Below, in pieces: positions 19,022 through 27,642 of a stretch of DNA of 64,000 bases. Made by a program: the position numbers and the translations under genes. This stretch comes from an uncultured Spirochaetia bacterium (GTDB taxonomy: Bacteria > Spirochaetota > Spirochaetia > Sphaerochaetales > Sphaerochaetaceae), in assembly GCA_905236385.1 (NCBI GenBank), contig CAJOOY010000034.1, positions 14,048 to 78,047 on the forward strand, given 5' to 3'. The first letter of the stretch is position 1, and every line of letters begins with the position of its first letter. The notes beneath the pieces were generated by a model, which was given only the letters and a program-made list of their open reading frames with translations, was not told where the DNA came from and did not search any database.

Positions 19022-20061
19022 AGCTTGGATTGAGAAACCAGGCCACCTTCAATAATGGAGGCTGCTTCTATCAGGGCCTCTTTTCCCATATTCTGTGTTG
19101 GCTCTATGCTTCCTAAGAAGAGAATGTAGCTGTTGTTTGGTCCTGACATGTTTAAAACTAATGAGCTTGAATTCTCATCAGCGTGGCTGTTAAACAGCTC
19201 TTTAATCAGGGCGCTGTCTTCATGCCTATCAACAAAATCACCAGCGCTGATAACAGGTAAGGCCTCATAAGTCTTTCCTTCAAACTCAAAGGTTTTTAGA
19301 TAAGCATAATCAGTCATATCTACGGTTGACTGGCTGTTCAGGTCATAGAAGGGGTAGGTGCTCAGGGCCAGTATTTCAGAAGTGTTTTTGTCCATAATAA
19401 AGCTGACAACAAGCTGTGGATTCTGAAGGCTGAAAACTCTCTGAACTGCCAAGTCTGAGAAATACTGAATATCCAAGTCAGCAGTTAGAACTATATCTGA
19501 GCCATAAGTAATCTGCTCTCCGTAGGAGGGCCTTGGGTTAAGTATGTCAGAGTAAGAAGACTCAACTTCCAGTAGTAGCTGAGCCAAATGAAACTGAGCC
19601 GGGTATATTCTCTTAGAGGACTTAGTTGTGCTGATAAAGGTGTTTAGGCCGTAAGAAGTGACCTCTGTGAGCATCTTCTGATAGTAGGATTCATCTTCAT
19701 AGGAGGCTATAAACACCTTCAAGGATTCAGCTTTGTTACAGATGTTCAGAATCTGTTTCTGATTATAAGAAGTGTAGAAACTAAGAGTTTGAGAGAGCAT
19801 GTCCAGCTGCGTGTTGTCTATGCCATCCAGGTTTATGTAAAGGTCGTAGACAGGAACTTCCATGGCCAGAATACGGCCGTTTCTGTCGTAAATTGTTCCC
19901 TCAACAACAGTTGATGCAACCTGTGGATCCATGTATTTCCCACTACGCATTTCACCAGAGAAAACATCATGAAAAGCCAGAACCAAAAGGGCGGCAATGG
20001 CCAGAATGGAGACCACTGTCAGAAAGCCGGCTGTATTGCTTTTTTGACTTGAAGATGACAT
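19018..20061 (-). CDS. Class-B penicillin-binding-protein N-terminal (pedestal/dimerisation) domain protein lacking a transpeptidase domain
   Basis: Start taken at MSSSSQKS (20061), followed by a single TM. GTIYDRNGRILA, RIYP, LTADLDIQ and DKNTSEILALSTYPFYDLN follow the bPBP pedestal motif order. No SxxK/SxN/KTG module; the ORF ends overlapping the ybeY stop. Confidence 0.6.
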   Translation of the reverse strand: MSSSSQKSNTAGFLTVVSILAIAALLVLAFHDVFSGEMRSGKYMDPQVASTVVEGTIYDRNGRILAMEVPVYDLYINLDGIDNTQLDMLSQTLSFYTSYNQKQILNICNKAESLKVFIASYEDESYYQKMLTEVTSYGLNTFISTTKSSKRIYPAQFHLAQLLLEVESSYSDILNPRPSYGEQITYGSDIVLTADLDIQYFSDLAVQRVFSLQNPQLVVSFIMDKNTSEILALSTYPFYDLNSQSTVDMTDYAYLKTFEFEGKTYEALPVISAGDFVDRHEDSALIKELFNSHADENSSSLVLNMSGPNNSYILFLGSIEPTQNMGKEALIEAASIIEGGLVSQSKL

Positions 20062-20108
20062 AATTTCATTATCTTTTTTATTTGCACAAATGTCGAGAGT
20101 TTTTGAAA

Positions 20109-21185
20109 ATGGCACGTGATTATGACGATTATTCAAACAGTTCCTCAGACAATAGCACAAGTGGTTCCTTTAAGCTGATTTTTGCTTTTATCCTGCTTGC
20201 TGTTCTTATCTGTATAGGGGCAGTTCTTGTTTGGTCGTCTATGAAGGGCCCAGCCGAGAGCAAAGAAACCACTACAGAACAACAGAGTGTATCAGTAGTA
20301 GAAACAACTCCTGTTCAGGTTGAAGACTCCTATTTTGAAATGCCAGAAGTTCGCTCTGATTACGCTGTAGAAACAGTTGAAACACCTGTTACAGTAGTTG
20401 TCTATGACACAGACGTCTCTCCAGCAGTAGCCGTCTCTCTTTCAGATGTTTCCAATAAAACCACTTCAACTGTAAAACCGGTTACCTATACTCAGCACAC
20501 AGTACAGGAAGGGGAGTCTGTGGCGCAGATAGCTGCCTCCTACGGCATTTCAATAAAAACTCTCTATGCTGTAAACAGTATTAGAAGGGCTATTGCCACA
20601 GGAGATGTTCTGATTATCCCTGACCGTAACGGCACTGTTTACCAGGTCTCTTCAACAGACACTCTCTCTTCTATTGTCGTTCAGCTTGGACTTAAGATTT
20701 CAGCAGGAACGCTGAAGGAAGTAAACGGACTTGAGTCTGATGAGCTTGTTCCAGGAACCAGACTCTTTATCCCGTCAGATGAGTACTTCATAGACTCTGC
20801 TTCAGATGCAGACAGTAACTATTTGTATTTCTCACTTCCTGTAAAAGATGCAGTTATCAGCGGTCTGTTCAACCAGGTTTCTTCAGGCGTAGTTCTTGAT
20901 GGAATTCTTCTTTCCTGTCCTATCCCTTCAACTGTTACTTCAGTTCTTGGTGGCACTGTTGTAGATATAATAATTAATACTGACGGTACATACGGAGTTA
21001 AGTTCTCCCACGCCGGTGGCTATACCTCCTTTATTGATTATCTGACAGAAGTGGATGTGTCTGTAAGCCAGAGAGTCTCAGCTAATGAAGTCATTGGAAC
21101 AGCCGGAAACGGACTCATCTTCTTCAGAATAGAACTGGACGGAGTGGCTCTTAACCCAGCTGATTTTATAGATAATTCAATTTGA
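20109..21185 (+). CDS. LysM-domain protein with a degenerate LytM (M23-like) domain, NlpD/EnvC-type
   Basis: ATG at 20109 preferred over TTG at 20082. TM anchor, two LysM repeats (VQEGESVAQIAASYGISIKTLYAVN and YQVSSTDTLSSIV...). C-terminal M23 fold has the HxxxD and HxH zinc ligands replaced (LDGILL, LIFFRIEL). Confidence 0.7.
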   Translation: MARDYDDYSNSSSDNSTSGSFKLIFAFILLAVLICIGAVLVWSSMKGPAESKETTTEQQSVSVVETTPVQVEDSYFEMPEVRSDYAVETVETPVTVVVYDTDVSPAVAVSLSDVSNKTTSTVKPVTYTQHTVQEGESVAQIAASYGISIKTLYAVNSIRRAIATGDVLIIPDRNGTVYQVSSTDTLSSIVVQLGLKISAGTLKEVNGLESDELVPGTRLFIPSDEYFIDSASDADSNYLYFSLPVKDAVISGLFNQVSSGVVLDGILLSCPIPSTVTSVLGGTVVDIIINTDGTYGVKFSHAGGYTSFIDYLTEVDVSVSQRVSANEVIGTAGNGLIFFRIELDGVALNPADFIDNSI

Positions 21186-21259
21186 CAACTAATTAACAGC
21201 AGTTATATTCTTTAAGCATGAGGTTTTAACCTTTTTTTAAGCTTTTTAAGGAGTGGCGT

Positions 21260-22915
21260 ATGAAAAAAAGATTTGTTGTTATAACACTTCTGTTAGTCCT
21301 CTTTGGTGCCATGCTGTTTGCACAGTCAACCAATGAGAAACCCATTTATGTTCTGTACACCAATGATATTCACTGCGGATATAACCAGAATATTTCATTC
21401 CCTGCAATTGCTGCATACAAGCAGAGCCTTCTTGCTGAAACTCCGTATGTAACACTTGTCGATAACGGAGATGCTGTTCAGGGTGAAACCGTCGGTACTG
21501 TTTCAAGAGGTGAATACCCTGTTGAAATGATGAATGCCGCCGGTTATGACTTTGCTATCTTCGGAAACCATGAGTTTGACTATGGTGTAGAGCGTCTTGG
21601 TGAACTTGTTGAGATGGCAGATTATACCTACCTGAATGCAACAATTACTTACCATGGTGCTTCTGGCCAGAGTTTCATCAATGACACAAAGCCTTATGAG
21701 ATTGTTGAATACGGCAAGACAAAGGTAGCTTTCATTGGTGCTTCAACTCATGAAACACTCTTCAAGTCAACCGTTAAGTACTTCATGGAAGGTGATGAGA
21801 TTGTTTATGACTTTGCTACAGGAGATGCTCTCTATGCTGTAATTCAGAGCTATGTAGATGAAGTTAGAAAACAGGGCGCTGATTATGTAATCATCCTTTC
21901 ACACCTTGGAATTGGTGAAGATGCTGCTCCAGACAGATCAATTGACCTGATTGAGCATATTAGAGGCGTTGATGTTCTTCTTGACGCTCACTCACACTCA
22001 GTTGTTGAAAGCATGTACGTTAAAGATGCCGAAGGTAAGCCAGTTGTCTATTCTCAGACAGGTACAAAGCTAAATAACCTCGGTCAGCTTATAATCTATC
22101 CTTATTCACATAAGATTATGACAGAGTTTGTCCATCCGACTGAAGAAGATCCAGAGGTTGCAGCAGTTATTAAAGCAATTGACCAGGAATACCTAGAAGA
22201 GGTTATGAAGCCTGTTGCTTATTCTGAGGTAACTCTTCCAATTAAAACAGCAGAGCTGGGAAGAATTGTAAGAAACAGCGAGACAATCATTGGGGATCTT
22301 TGTGCAGATGCTTACAAGGCTATCTCAGGTGCTGATATAGCATTCGTAAACGGTGGTGGTATCCGTGCTGACCTTAATGCCGGAGAGGTAAATCTTGATG
22401 CAATCATCAAGATTCATCCTTATGGAAACCTCCTCTGTGTCTGTTATGCTACAGGTCAGGAAATTCTTGATGCTCTTGAGTGGGGCTCAAAGAACGTAAG
22501 AATGCAGCAAACTGACGGAAGTGGAAACGCAGTAGGTGAAAGCGGTGGCTTCCTCCAGGTTGCAGGTCTTAAGTATACAATTGACCCATCTATTCCAAGT
22601 TCTTGTGTAGCAAATGAAGCTGGACTGTTTGTTGAAGTTGCAGGCGAGAGAAGAATTAAAGATGTATACGTAGGTTCAGAAGAGACCGGTTGGACTCCAA
22701 TTGATCCTGATAAGAATTACACCCTTGCTTGCCATAACTACAAGCTCCAGGATATGGGTGATGGTTACACCATGTTTGTTGACAATGAGTTCATAGTTGA
22801 CAAGTCCATGCTTGATAACCAGATTCTCATCAACTACATAACAGATTATCTCGGTGGCGTAATCACTGCTGAACAGTACGGTGCTGTCAAGGGTAGAATT
22901 ACAATTCTCAGATAA
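21260..22915 (+). CDS. Secreted 5'-nucleotidase / bifunctional metallophosphoesterase
   Basis: Signal peptide. NDIHCG, GDAVQGE and GNHEFDYG calcineurin-like motifs, plus a C-terminal 5'-nucleotidase substrate domain. Confidence 0.85.
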   Translation: MKKRFVVITLLLVLFGAMLFAQSTNEKPIYVLYTNDIHCGYNQNISFPAIAAYKQSLLAETPYVTLVDNGDAVQGETVGTVSRGEYPVEMMNAAGYDFAIFGNHEFDYGVERLGELVEMADYTYLNATITYHGASGQSFINDTKPYEIVEYGKTKVAFIGASTHETLFKSTVKYFMEGDEIVYDFATGDALYAVIQSYVDEVRKQGADYVIILSHLGIGEDAAPDRSIDLIEHIRGVDVLLDAHSHSVVESMYVKDAEGKPVVYSQTGTKLNNLGQLIIYPYSHKIMTEFVHPTEEDPEVAAVIKAIDQEYLEEVMKPVAYSEVTLPIKTAELGRIVRNSETIIGDLCADAYKAISGADIAFVNGGGIRADLNAGEVNLDAIIKIHPYGNLLCVCYATGQEILDALEWGSKNVRMQQTDGSGNAVGESGGFLQVAGLKYTIDPSIPSSCVANEAGLFVEVAGERRIKDVYVGSEETGWTPIDPDKNYTLACHNYKLQDMGDGYTMFVDNEFIVDKSMLDNQILINYITDYLGGVITAEQYGAVKGRITILR

Positions 22916-22939
22916 TTAGAGATAACTAGACAAAAAAAC

Positions 22940-22972
22940 GGGAGTCATGAAAACCATGGCTCCCATTTTTTT
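22940..22972. terminator. Bidirectional rho-independent terminator between convergent genes
   Basis: GGGAGTCATG-aaaa-CCATGGCTCCC stem, flanked by an A7 run upstream and a T7 run downstream. Confidence 0.7.
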
Positions 22973-22988
22973 ACCAATAAACAGATTA

Positions 22989-23915
22989 TTAATAGAAAAT
23001 CTGTTCAGCTGCATTATCAGAAATGCTTGTAACCTTCCAAATTCCATTGTTTGTTGTAGCAATATAAAGATCAGTTCCTACACTAACCATATCTGATACT
23101 TCAACACTTCTTATACTGGAAGCCCAGTTGGTAGTGACACTCGTAACAGTATCATAACTACTGGAACTCAGATAATCAAAAGAATTTGAAGTTTTAAATA
23201 CTGCATATGTTCCGCTTCCATCTGTATAGAGACAGGTTGGACCGGAAGCACTATTAGTTAAAGTTAGTCCAGTGGCAGTGGTAGTGGAACTGCTGCAAGA
23301 GTAAATCTCCTTATCAGAAGTTGCGGCAAAGGCTGTTGAACCAGTTGTAGCAATAAAGGCTTTAAAGGTTAAAGAAGTATCAAGCTCTTCTCCGTTGTAA
23401 TAATACTTATTTTCACCTGAAACCTTTCCAAGGTAGCTGTTTCCACTTGTCAAGATTTTTTCATAGACGGTGTCTGTGTCTGTAATATCTCCACCAATTT
23501 TTGAAATAGTTCCTTTTGTTTCGAGAAGGAACCCGTTTGAATCAAGGTATGAGTAAGAATTATCATCAGATACTACAGCACAGTCAGAAGGGGCAGTAAG
23601 TGTGTACTTGTACAGCTTTCCAGCCTGAGTCAGGAAGTAAACATAAGTTCCATCACAGTAGGCAGCCTTCATGTCATTTGAAAGGTAGTTGGCTGTCAGA
23701 GCTCCTTCAGTGATTTTATAAATACCCTTGTCACTTCTTATAACCATCTCATCTGAACCGGAGACAGAAAGAAGCTGAAGAACTCTTATGCCTGAAGCCT
23801 GAGCTGAGTTTCTGACCTGGTCAGCTAGCCCGTCAGAAGCGTCTACATTGCAGGAAGAGAGAAGAAAAACAGAAAGAATTGTGCAGATTAAAAGAACAAA
23901 AAGTGATTTTTTCAT
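22989..23915 (-). CDS. Lipoprotein of unknown function (beta-rich, possibly propeller-like)
   Basis: Signal peptide with lipobox LLSSC. Ser/Thr/Tyr-rich beta-strand pattern. Lies 12 nt downstream of the OMP gene. Confidence 0.7.
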   Translation of the reverse strand: MKKSLFVLLICTILSVFLLSSCNVDASDGLADQVRNSAQASGIRVLQLLSVSGSDEMVIRSDKGIYKITEGALTANYLSNDMKAAYCDGTYVYFLTQAGKLYKYTLTAPSDCAVVSDDNSYSYLDSNGFLLETKGTISKIGGDITDTDTVYEKILTSGNSYLGKVSGENKYYYNGEELDTSLTFKAFIATTGSTAFAATSDKEIYSCSSSTTTATGLTLTNSASGPTCLYTDGSGTYAVFKTSNSFDYLSSSSYDTVTSVTTNWASSIRSVEVSDMVSVGTDLYIATTNNGIWKVTSISDNAAEQIFY

Positions 23916-23927
23916 TTTAACTCCTCC

Positions 23928-24530
23928 TCAGTGTCTGTATGTAAGACAAACGGTTAGCGGTGTAAAAGCACCTATGCAGATGTCTTCCCATTTGTCATAG
24001 GTAGAACTCTTGGGATAGTACTCAAACCAGGACCAAAGACCAGCTTCAACACCGACACCCCAAGAGGCGCTGAAGTAGTAGGTTGGGTTTACTGTAAGAC
24101 TTACAAAAGGAGCAAGGTAGCGCTCGCTGTTGTATCTGAGAACAGAAGCACCAACATTTGCATTTAGCTTAAGATCAAAGTTGTAAGACTGAATAGGAAC
24201 GTATGTGAGCTTTACAGTAATAGGGACAGTTGCAAACAGAAGATTCGACTTGGAGAAATTGAAACCGTATCCAATTCCTCCACCCAGGGCCAGATGTCTG
24301 TTCAGAAAGCTTTGGTAGGAAAGTGAGGCGTAGCCGCCCAAAGAATAGTGTGTTCCATTGAAGCCGGAAACAAAGGTGTCAGCAGAACTGTTCGGGAAGA
24401 ACAGGAATGTAGGGAAGTTGACACCAACATTAACTGAAAAGAATGTGTCTCCTTTCTCGTAGTAGGTGTCAGCAAAAACTGAAACAAGAGCTACTGTGAG
24501 AATCAATAAAACAATTAAAAATTTTTTCAT
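23928..24530 (-). CDS. Small outer-membrane beta-barrel protein (about 8 strands)
   Basis: Signal peptide ending VFA. Alternating hydrophobic/aromatic strands (LSYQSF, GIGYGFNF, KLTYV, GVGVEAGLW). 200 aa. Confidence 0.65.
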   Translation of the reverse strand: MKKFLIVLLILTVALVSVFADTYYEKGDTFFSVNVGVNFPTFLFFPNSSADTFVSGFNGTHYSLGGYASLSYQSFLNRHLALGGGIGYGFNFSKSNLLFATVPITVKLTYVPIQSYNFDLKLNANVGASVLRYNSERYLAPFVSLTVNPTYYFSASWGVGVEAGLWSWFEYYPKSSTYDKWEDICIGAFTPLTVCLTYRH

Positions 24531-24654
24531 GTTTTACCTCGTAAGGGATAATCTAATCCCGTTTTGACTAGTTTAGTATTTTATGGGAAAACTGCCAATG
24601 TTCACAATAAGTTACAAATAAGATATATTGTTTTATATAAATACGGAGACTAGG

Positions 24655-25542
24655 ATGTTACTTTCAGGAAAAGAGCCATCTGTTAAAATGAAGGCAGATA
24701 CAAGAATTCTATCAGAGAAGTTTGAAGCCAGGTTTTCAAGAAAGCCTACTTTGGCTGTTGTTTACGTAGGTAATAATCCTGCAAGTGCTGTTTACGTAAG
24801 AAATAAGAAGAAGGCCTGCGAAGAAACCTCTATTGGCCATCTAGATGTAGATCTGGATGAGAATATTTCTGAAGAGGAACTTATCTGCAGAATTAAAGAG
24901 CTGGAAAAGGATGAGAAGGTAGACGGAATTCTTCTTCAGCTTCCGCTTCCAAAACATTTGGATGAAACCAGGGTTTTAAAGTATATAAGCGCAGAAAAAG
25001 ACGTTGATGGCTTCAGTGAAACTAACCTTGGTAGGCTCTTAACTGAGGAAAAGGGCTTAGTTGCCTGCACTCCGAAGGGAATTATGTACATGCTTGATTA
25101 CTACAACATAGAGACCGAAGGTAAAAATGTTGTTGTAGTTGGTAGAAGCAGAATTGTCGGTAAGCCTGTCTCGGCTCTTCTCAGTCAGAAAAAGAGAAAT
25201 GCTACAGTAACACTTTGTCACACTAAGACAGAGAACCTTGAGTTTTATTTGAAAAATGCAGATATAGTTATCTGTGCTGTTGGTAGGCCGAGGGTCATAA
25301 AAGAAAACATGGTTAAAAAAGATGCTGTTGTTATAGATGTTGGAACAAACAGGGTTGGAGACAGTACTAAGAAAAGTGGCTACGCCTTGGTAGGAGACTT
25401 CTGCTATTCACAGGAAGACGGTGGAAGCTTGAAGGTAACTCCTGTTCCAGGAGGAGTTGGACTAATGACAGTTGCCTCCCTTATGGAAAACACAGTAATC
25501 GCAGCCTGCCGCAGAATGGGCATAGAAACAGAGGAATTATGA
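24655..25542 (+). CDS. folD: Bifunctional methylenetetrahydrofolate dehydrogenase/cyclohydrolase
   Basis: ATG at 24655 follows GGAG. VGNNPASAVYVRNKKKA, GILLQLPLP and VVVVGRSRIVGKP motifs. Confidence 0.93.
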   Translation: MLLSGKEPSVKMKADTRILSEKFEARFSRKPTLAVVYVGNNPASAVYVRNKKKACEETSIGHLDVDLDENISEEELICRIKELEKDEKVDGILLQLPLPKHLDETRVLKYISAEKDVDGFSETNLGRLLTEEKGLVACTPKGIMYMLDYYNIETEGKNVVVVGRSRIVGKPVSALLSQKKRNATVTLCHTKTENLEFYLKNADIVICAVGRPRVIKENMVKKDAVVIDVGTNRVGDSTKKSGYALVGDFCYSQEDGGSLKVTPVPGGVGLMTVASLMENTVIAACRRMGIETEEL

Positions 25543-26843
25543 GGTATTTCTTTATTGAAACATACGGCTGTCAGATGAACACAGCTGAATCAGATGCCTT
25601 AGAGGCTCTGTTTCTCGGCTCTGGTTGGAAGAAGGCTGATAAGCCAGAAGAGTGTAATGTAGCAATAATTAACACTTGCTCCGTCAGGCAGAGTGCAGAA
25701 AATAGAATCTGGGGTAGACTCGGCTCCTACACGCCCATAAAAAGGCAAAAGAAGATGACTCTGATTCTTACAGGCTGCATGGCTGACAGACTTGGAGAAG
25801 ACATTAAAAAAGACGCTCCACAGCTAGATTATGTAGTTCCTGTAAATGATAAGTTGAAGATCCTTCAGATAGCTGAAGCTGCTTGCGAAGATGAAGAAAT
25901 AGAGTTTGTCCATAACAAGGACTATGATTTTGCTCTCTCTTACTACAAAGAGGGTGAGTTCTCTTCCTTTGTCCCTATCATGAACGGGTGTAATAATTTT
26001 TGCTCCTACTGCATAGTTCCCTATGTTAGAGGCAGGGAAGTCAGTAGAAACCCAAAACAGATAATTGAAGAAGTAAAGTTTCTGGACTCAAAGGGAGTTA
26101 GGGAAATAACACTCCTTGGCCAAAATGTTAACTCGTACAGCTTTGAGGGTCTTCGTTTCCCTCAGCTTCTTAGAGAAGTGTGTAAGCAGTGTAAAAATAT
26201 AAAATGGATTCGCTTTGAGTCTCCTCACCCAAAAGATTTCTCTGATGAGCTGATTGAAGTAATTGCCCAAGAAGAGAGGGTGGCTAAGCACATCCACGTG
26301 CCAATGCAGAGTGGAAGCACCAGGGTTCTTAGAGACATGAACAGGCGTTACACCTCTGAGCAGTACCTGGCCTTGATTGAGAAGATAAAAACCCGCGTAC
26401 CAGGAATAACTTTTGCAGTAGATGTAATGGTCGGCTTTCCTGGTGAGACTGAAGAGGAGTTCCAGGAAACTATTAAGGCCATGGATACGGTTGGCTACAT
26501 AGAGGCCTACATGTATTATTGGAACCCGAGAAAGGGCACCCGCGCCTGTGACATGGATGGCCAGCTACCCGAGAAGGAGAAACAGCAGCGCCTTCAGAGC
26601 CTCATTGATTTTCAGTTGAAGAAGGCTGCCTCCCTTAAGGAGCAGAGGGCCTCTGGGGTGCAGGAAGTGCTTTGCCTCTATCCTTCCAGGGACAATACCC
26701 ATCAGATGCTTGGCAGAAACGAGCACAATGAAATGGTAGTTTTTGATATTTGTACAGATATAAAGCCCGGAGACATGTTAAATGTTGAATTTCTGTACCT
26801 TAATGGCAACACATACGTTGGAAGGCAGGTAAAAAATGTTTAA
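25539..26843 (+). CDS. miaB: tRNA (i6A37) methylthiotransferase MiaB
   Basis: ETYGCQMN UPF0004 domain, radical-SAM CNNFCSYCIVP motif, C-terminal TRAM domain. Confidence 0.9.
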   Translation: MRYFFIETYGCQMNTAESDALEALFLGSGWKKADKPEECNVAIINTCSVRQSAENRIWGRLGSYTPIKRQKKMTLILTGCMADRLGEDIKKDAPQLDYVVPVNDKLKILQIAEAACEDEEIEFVHNKDYDFALSYYKEGEFSSFVPIMNGCNNFCSYCIVPYVRGREVSRNPKQIIEEVKFLDSKGVREITLLGQNVNSYSFEGLRFPQLLREVCKQCKNIKWIRFESPHPKDFSDELIEVIAQEERVAKHIHVPMQSGSTRVLRDMNRRYTSEQYLALIEKIKTRVPGITFAVDVMVGFPGETEEEFQETIKAMDTVGYIEAYMYYWNPRKGTRACDMDGQLPEKEKQQRLQSLIDFQLKKAASLKEQRASGVQEVLCLYPSRDNTHQMLGRNEHNEMVVFDICTDIKPGDMLNVEFLYLNGNTYVGRQVKNV

Positions 26844-27642
26844 TGACTCTTATGCTGAAAACCCAGAGGTGTTTGAGAAGAAGTTTGATAAGCTTGTTTC
26901 TCTTATAGAAAACTCCAAGAACATGACTGTTTTCACCGGTGCTGGTGTCTCCACCCTCAGTGGAATTCCAGACTTCAGAGGTCAGCATGGAGTATACACA
27001 GACCCTTGGATGGGGATGGACGTAGAAGAGATTATCTCCATGACCTTTTTCAGAAGAAAGCCGGATATCTTCTACAAGTGGGCCAAAGATGTTTGGTACC
27101 ACCTGGAGGACTATGAACCGAACGTGGTTCACAGAGTTCTTTCTAAGATGGAAAAGCAGGGTTTTTTGAAGAAAGTCTACACTCAAAATATAGATATGCT
27201 TCATCAGAGAGCTGGAAACACCACTGTTATGGAAGTTCATGGAAGCCCTGAATACCACACATGCCAAGGTTGTGGTAAGAAGTTCACCTATGCTGAAATA
27301 GCACCGCAGGTGAGAGAAGGAAAGGTTCCTTACTGCCCAGTGTGTAAGTCTGTAATTAAGCCAGATATTATCTTCTACGAAGAGGCTTTGAATGAAAGAA
27401 TTCTAAACAGTGCCTGGCATGATTTCTCCCATACAGACCTCTGTCTGGTCCTTGGCTCCTCGCTTCTTGTACAACCGGCGGCATCTTTGCCTGCTCTGGC
27501 TGGACAAAGTGGTGCAAAAATAGTTATTGTCAATGCTCAGGATACGTATCAGGATGCAAATGCTACTTTGCGTTTCAGGGATCTGAAACAGACATTTGAC
27601 GCTTTGGAAGCCTATCTTGATTCAAGAATAGAAGAAAAATGA
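26836..27642 (+). CDS. cobB: NAD-dependent protein deacylase, Sir2 family
   Basis: GAGVSTLSGIPDFRG, QNIDMLH, and Zn ribbon CQGCG...CPVCKS. Confidence 0.88.
   Translation: MFNDSYAENPEVFEKKFDKLVSLIENSKNMTVFTGAGVSTLSGIPDFRGQHGVYTDPWMGMDVEEIISMTFFRRKPDIFYKWAKDVWYHLEDYEPNVVHRVLSKMEKQGFLKKVYTQNIDMLHQRAGNTTVMEVHGSPEYHTCQGCGKKFTYAEIAPQVREGKVPYCPVCKSVIKPDIIFYEEALNERILNSAWHDFSHTDLCLVLGSSLLVQPAASLPALAGQSGAKIVIVNAQDTYQDANATLRFRDLKQTFDALEAYLDSRIEEK

Noticed and set aside
20106-20122. A second TGGCAC hexamer (aaaaTGGCACgtgatTATGA), considered as a possible sigma-54 promoter.
   Set aside because: There is no TTGC at the -12 position, and the hexamer spans the ATG GCA CGT start codons of the LysM/dLytM gene. 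Other TGGCAC or GTGCCA occurrences (about 8961, 17720, 26297, 48064) are intragenic and also lack the -12 element.
21210-21235. AGGTT-tt-AACCT followed by T7 after the LysM/dLytM gene, considered as a terminator.
   Set aside because: The stem is only 5 bp and the 2-nt loop is sterically implausible. Not reported as a feature.
24531-24654. The divergent intergenic regions upstream of folD and upstream of the BMP operon, checked for riboswitch-like structure (ZTP or purine types).
   Set aside because: I could not recognise the conserved cores of either class, and the regions are short and AT-rich. A covariance-model scan (Rfam/Infernal) would be needed to exclude them formally.
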